This document shows, one piece after another, positions 61,426 through 64,000 of a stretch of DNA of 64,000 bases; the stretch's first letter is position 1; every line of letters begins with the position of its first letter. A model generated the notes under the pieces. It did not search any database, had not been told where the DNA came from, and saw only the letters and a list, made by a program, of their open reading frames with translations. The position numbers were made by a program, and so were the translations under genes. The stretch is from Rebecca billardiae RCC1528 (taxonomy: Eukaryota; Protista; Haptophyta), in assembly GCA_965240325.2 (NCBI GenBank), contig OZ251230.1, positions 1,178,001 through 1,242,000 on the forward strand. Reading direction: 5' to 3'.

Positions 61426-62749
61426 CGAGCTCCCGAGCCGCGGCGCCCCTCGCCAAGGATGCCACAAGGTGGCTCCTTGCCCTCGAGGTCAGGCGGCGAG
61501 CCAGGTAAAAAATACGCACTCTGCATCAGAGTCTGATTTTTCGATACGCGGGAGGCGGTTCACAACGGTTCACAGCCGCGCGCTCTTTTTACGGTCGAAA
61601 CAGCATATCCGTCAAATATTTTGATGATGACTAGTCCCATAATAATGATAGATGACTTCTCATAAGCAAAAAACCACCGTTGGCGTAGTATCATAGGGAC
61701 GATACCCTACCTGCGTCGTTAAATCATAGAATGAGTACCGCTGAGTACAATAGCGGAGGCGTGTCCGGCAGCATGGGCCACGCGCTACTTGCGTCGCGCC
61801 ACGCTCTTGGTTGCGTCTCCATCCGCAGCTCGCGTGAGCTGAGTGTGAAGCCGCTATCGCGACGGCTGACTGCGCGAGCTGCGCGGATACAGCGCCGTCG
61901 GTACACCGAGCCATGTCGTGAAGCGCGTGCGAGCACGCACGTGCTCGCACGTGCTCAGAGAGGTGGCAAGATGGGCGCTTGCCGGCGCCGAGGGCTTGAG
62001 GCCGCTGGGCGCCAGTATGGCGCTTGGCACGCGGTCGCACGCACCCCTCACCGCCGGCCCCGGCCAGGGGTTTGGATCACAGGCCAACACAAGCGCCGTA
62101 GTAGCATACTAGTTTTCATTGGCCAGGCACATGCAGCCCGCCGCCGCCGAACAGCTGGCTGATGGCACCGCCTGCCGCAGGGCGCACGCCGACCGCGGTG
62201 CGACTCGTGCACACTACACGCACGTTCTGCCACAGTGGCGCCGCACTCGGCACCACGGCCTGCAGCAGCTTGATGATGCCCGAGCACGCAGAACCGGGGA
62301 CGGCATGAACACGGCGCGGCGCACTCGCCTCTCGGGTGTCTGATCGGAGTACAGTATGTATCGGACGATCAGCATGTAGTGGCGGCAGCAGCCTGCCGGC
62401 AGCAGGTGGACGCCACCGTGCGCATCCATCATCCATGATGATGGCCGGCGCCCATCAACCATCTGGTGGCCCTTGGCGCTGGCCATCCTTGGCCTTCCGG
62501 AGCTTCTAGTCTACTGGCGGCCCGGCCTGAGTCAAGTGCCTGAGTGGCCTGACTGGCGGCGGCTGACGACCGGGCGGCCGGCCCGCGCCGCCGCTTTTGC
62601 GCCTTGCCCGCGCTAGGCCTAGGACTAGGACAAGGAGTGGACTGGTCGCATGTGGTGATCGATGATCCTGGCCCACCGCCCTTTGAATAAGCACTGCGAT
62701 AGCAGATGTGAGATGAGCCAGATCAGGCAGATGCCGATGCCATCAATAT

Positions 62750-64000
62750 TCATGGCATCGGGCTCGGCGGCGGCGACCGAGGGCCGCGGCCGCTCGTGAT
62801 GCCGCGATCGTCATTGATGGAGCTCCCCATCCCGCCCTGGGCCGGCGGCGCTCTGAGACTGCCAGAGCAGCTCCCGACACCACCGACGTTACGACCAGCA
62901 CTCGTCAAGTCATCACCATCAGCCGCCGCCGCGGGGTCAACCCACAGCGGCGTGTACGCAGCGACGTGCTCTTCTAGCGAGACCACGTCCCCCGCCGAGG
63001 CGGCGCTGATGTAACGGTCGATGCCGGCCTGCACCACGTCGAGCCGACGCACCGAGATCTGGAAGAGGCCGGAAAGCGGCAGGCCCATCTCCGCGAGGAA
63101 GTTGAACACCGCGGCGAGCAGGCCGCAGAGGACCGCAAAGGTGGTGCGCACCGCTGCGACGGGAGAGAACGCGGGGTGGCACGGTGGTGCAGTCAGCGTG
63201 GGTCCACAGCGCGGCGGAGCGCGGGCGCGGCCGCGTGCTTCTCGGCGAGGCACGCGCGGCGCACCGAGCGTACGCCCGAGCTCGAGGCCGGTCTCGCCGC
63301 TCAGACTCAGCAGTAGCAGCAGTGCCAGTGGCAGGCAGGCGCCCAGGAGGGCCATCAGCGCCCAGTGCGCGAACGGAAAGGTGTGCTCCAGGTTGGCGGA
63401 GCGCGAGGCGCGCAGCTGCGCCGTCGAGACGACCAGGTCCCACGCGCGGAAGTGCGAGTCCTGCGCGTGGGCGGCGCGCGCGCGCAGCACCGGCGCCACG
63501 CGGCATCAGCCGCACGAGCGCGCGCGGGGCCATGCTCCTGCGACCGCACGCGTGCAGCGCGTGCCTTTGCCACATTCGGGCTGAAGTTGAAGGCGGCGGT
63601 GGTGAGCTCGCGGTCGCTGACGGCGGCGAGTGCGGCCTGCACGCGCAGCAAGCAGCCGCGCTGCCCATCGAATGCAGCGAGCACGCGCTCGTCCCGCGCG
63701 TCCGGCACGCCGAGCTGCATGCGCAAATGATCGAGATACGATCTGAGCGCGCGCTCTGATTCGAGCAGGCGCGCTGGGTCGTGCATGAACGTCTTCGCGA
63801 GGATGTGCGAGAGCGCGTCGATGCACGCCACCTCGCGGTACAACACATCGCGCACGTTGAGCTGCCGCTGCCGCAGCACATTCGCCGTCATCGAGACGAG
63901 CGTGCCAAACACGATCGAGATCGCGCCTAGCAACACGCCGAGGAGAGCGTCCGACGCGGGTGCGCGCTCGAGCGAGCCGAGAGAGAAGGGCTGCACCGCA
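62750..64000 (-). CDS. DUF4239 / bestrophin-like membrane protein, 3' part (exons >64000-63565, 63460-63265, 63153-62750)
   Basis: A TM followed by RQRQ..VLYREVA, then LRASRSA..FPFAHWALM, then FNFLAEMGLPLSGLFQI. A phase-0 GC-AG intron (63564-63461) joins the two ORFs. A 111-bp in-frame GT-AG intron lies at 63264-63154. Confidence 0.65.

Noticed and set aside
61630-62740. Possible Helitron/MITE upstream of the giant gene (CTAG motifs, short hairpins)
   Set aside because: No convincing paired termini or TSD found by eye.

Overview
Very GC-rich eukaryotic nuclear DNA. Introns are short and GC-rich, with GTGCGC or GC donors and GCGCAG acceptors. This pattern suggests a haptophyte alga such as a Pavlova/Diacronema-type genome, but that assignment is an inference. 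The left half is transposon-rich. It holds a TIR element inserted in a ~75-bp tandem repeat, a TA-flanked MITE, an intact young Copia LTR retrotransposon with TG..GA ends and a MYND zinc finger, a non-autonomous MULE with ~400-bp TIRs, a decayed TIR element, and a TSD-less split-direct-repeat element carrying an array of covarying hairpins. Host genes lie between these elements: ICE2/NARG2-like with CCCH fingers, an ATP-grasp ligase, an MBD4-like glycosylase, MKKS/BBS6, and an ATMIN-like C2H2 protein. The right half is almost entirely one minus-strand gene of ~10,680 aa with a 31.6-kb first exon. It encodes a polycystin-1-like adhesion receptor: FG-GAP propellers, five LRR cassettes, a ~2,900-aa extensin-like (SPPP)n stalk, 17 copies of an unrecognised ~95-aa repeat, five IPT/TIG domains, REJ, GAIN/GPS, and only five TMs with IQ and EF-hand motifs and no channel module. 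The window ends in the 3' part of a DUF4239 (bestrophin-like) gene.
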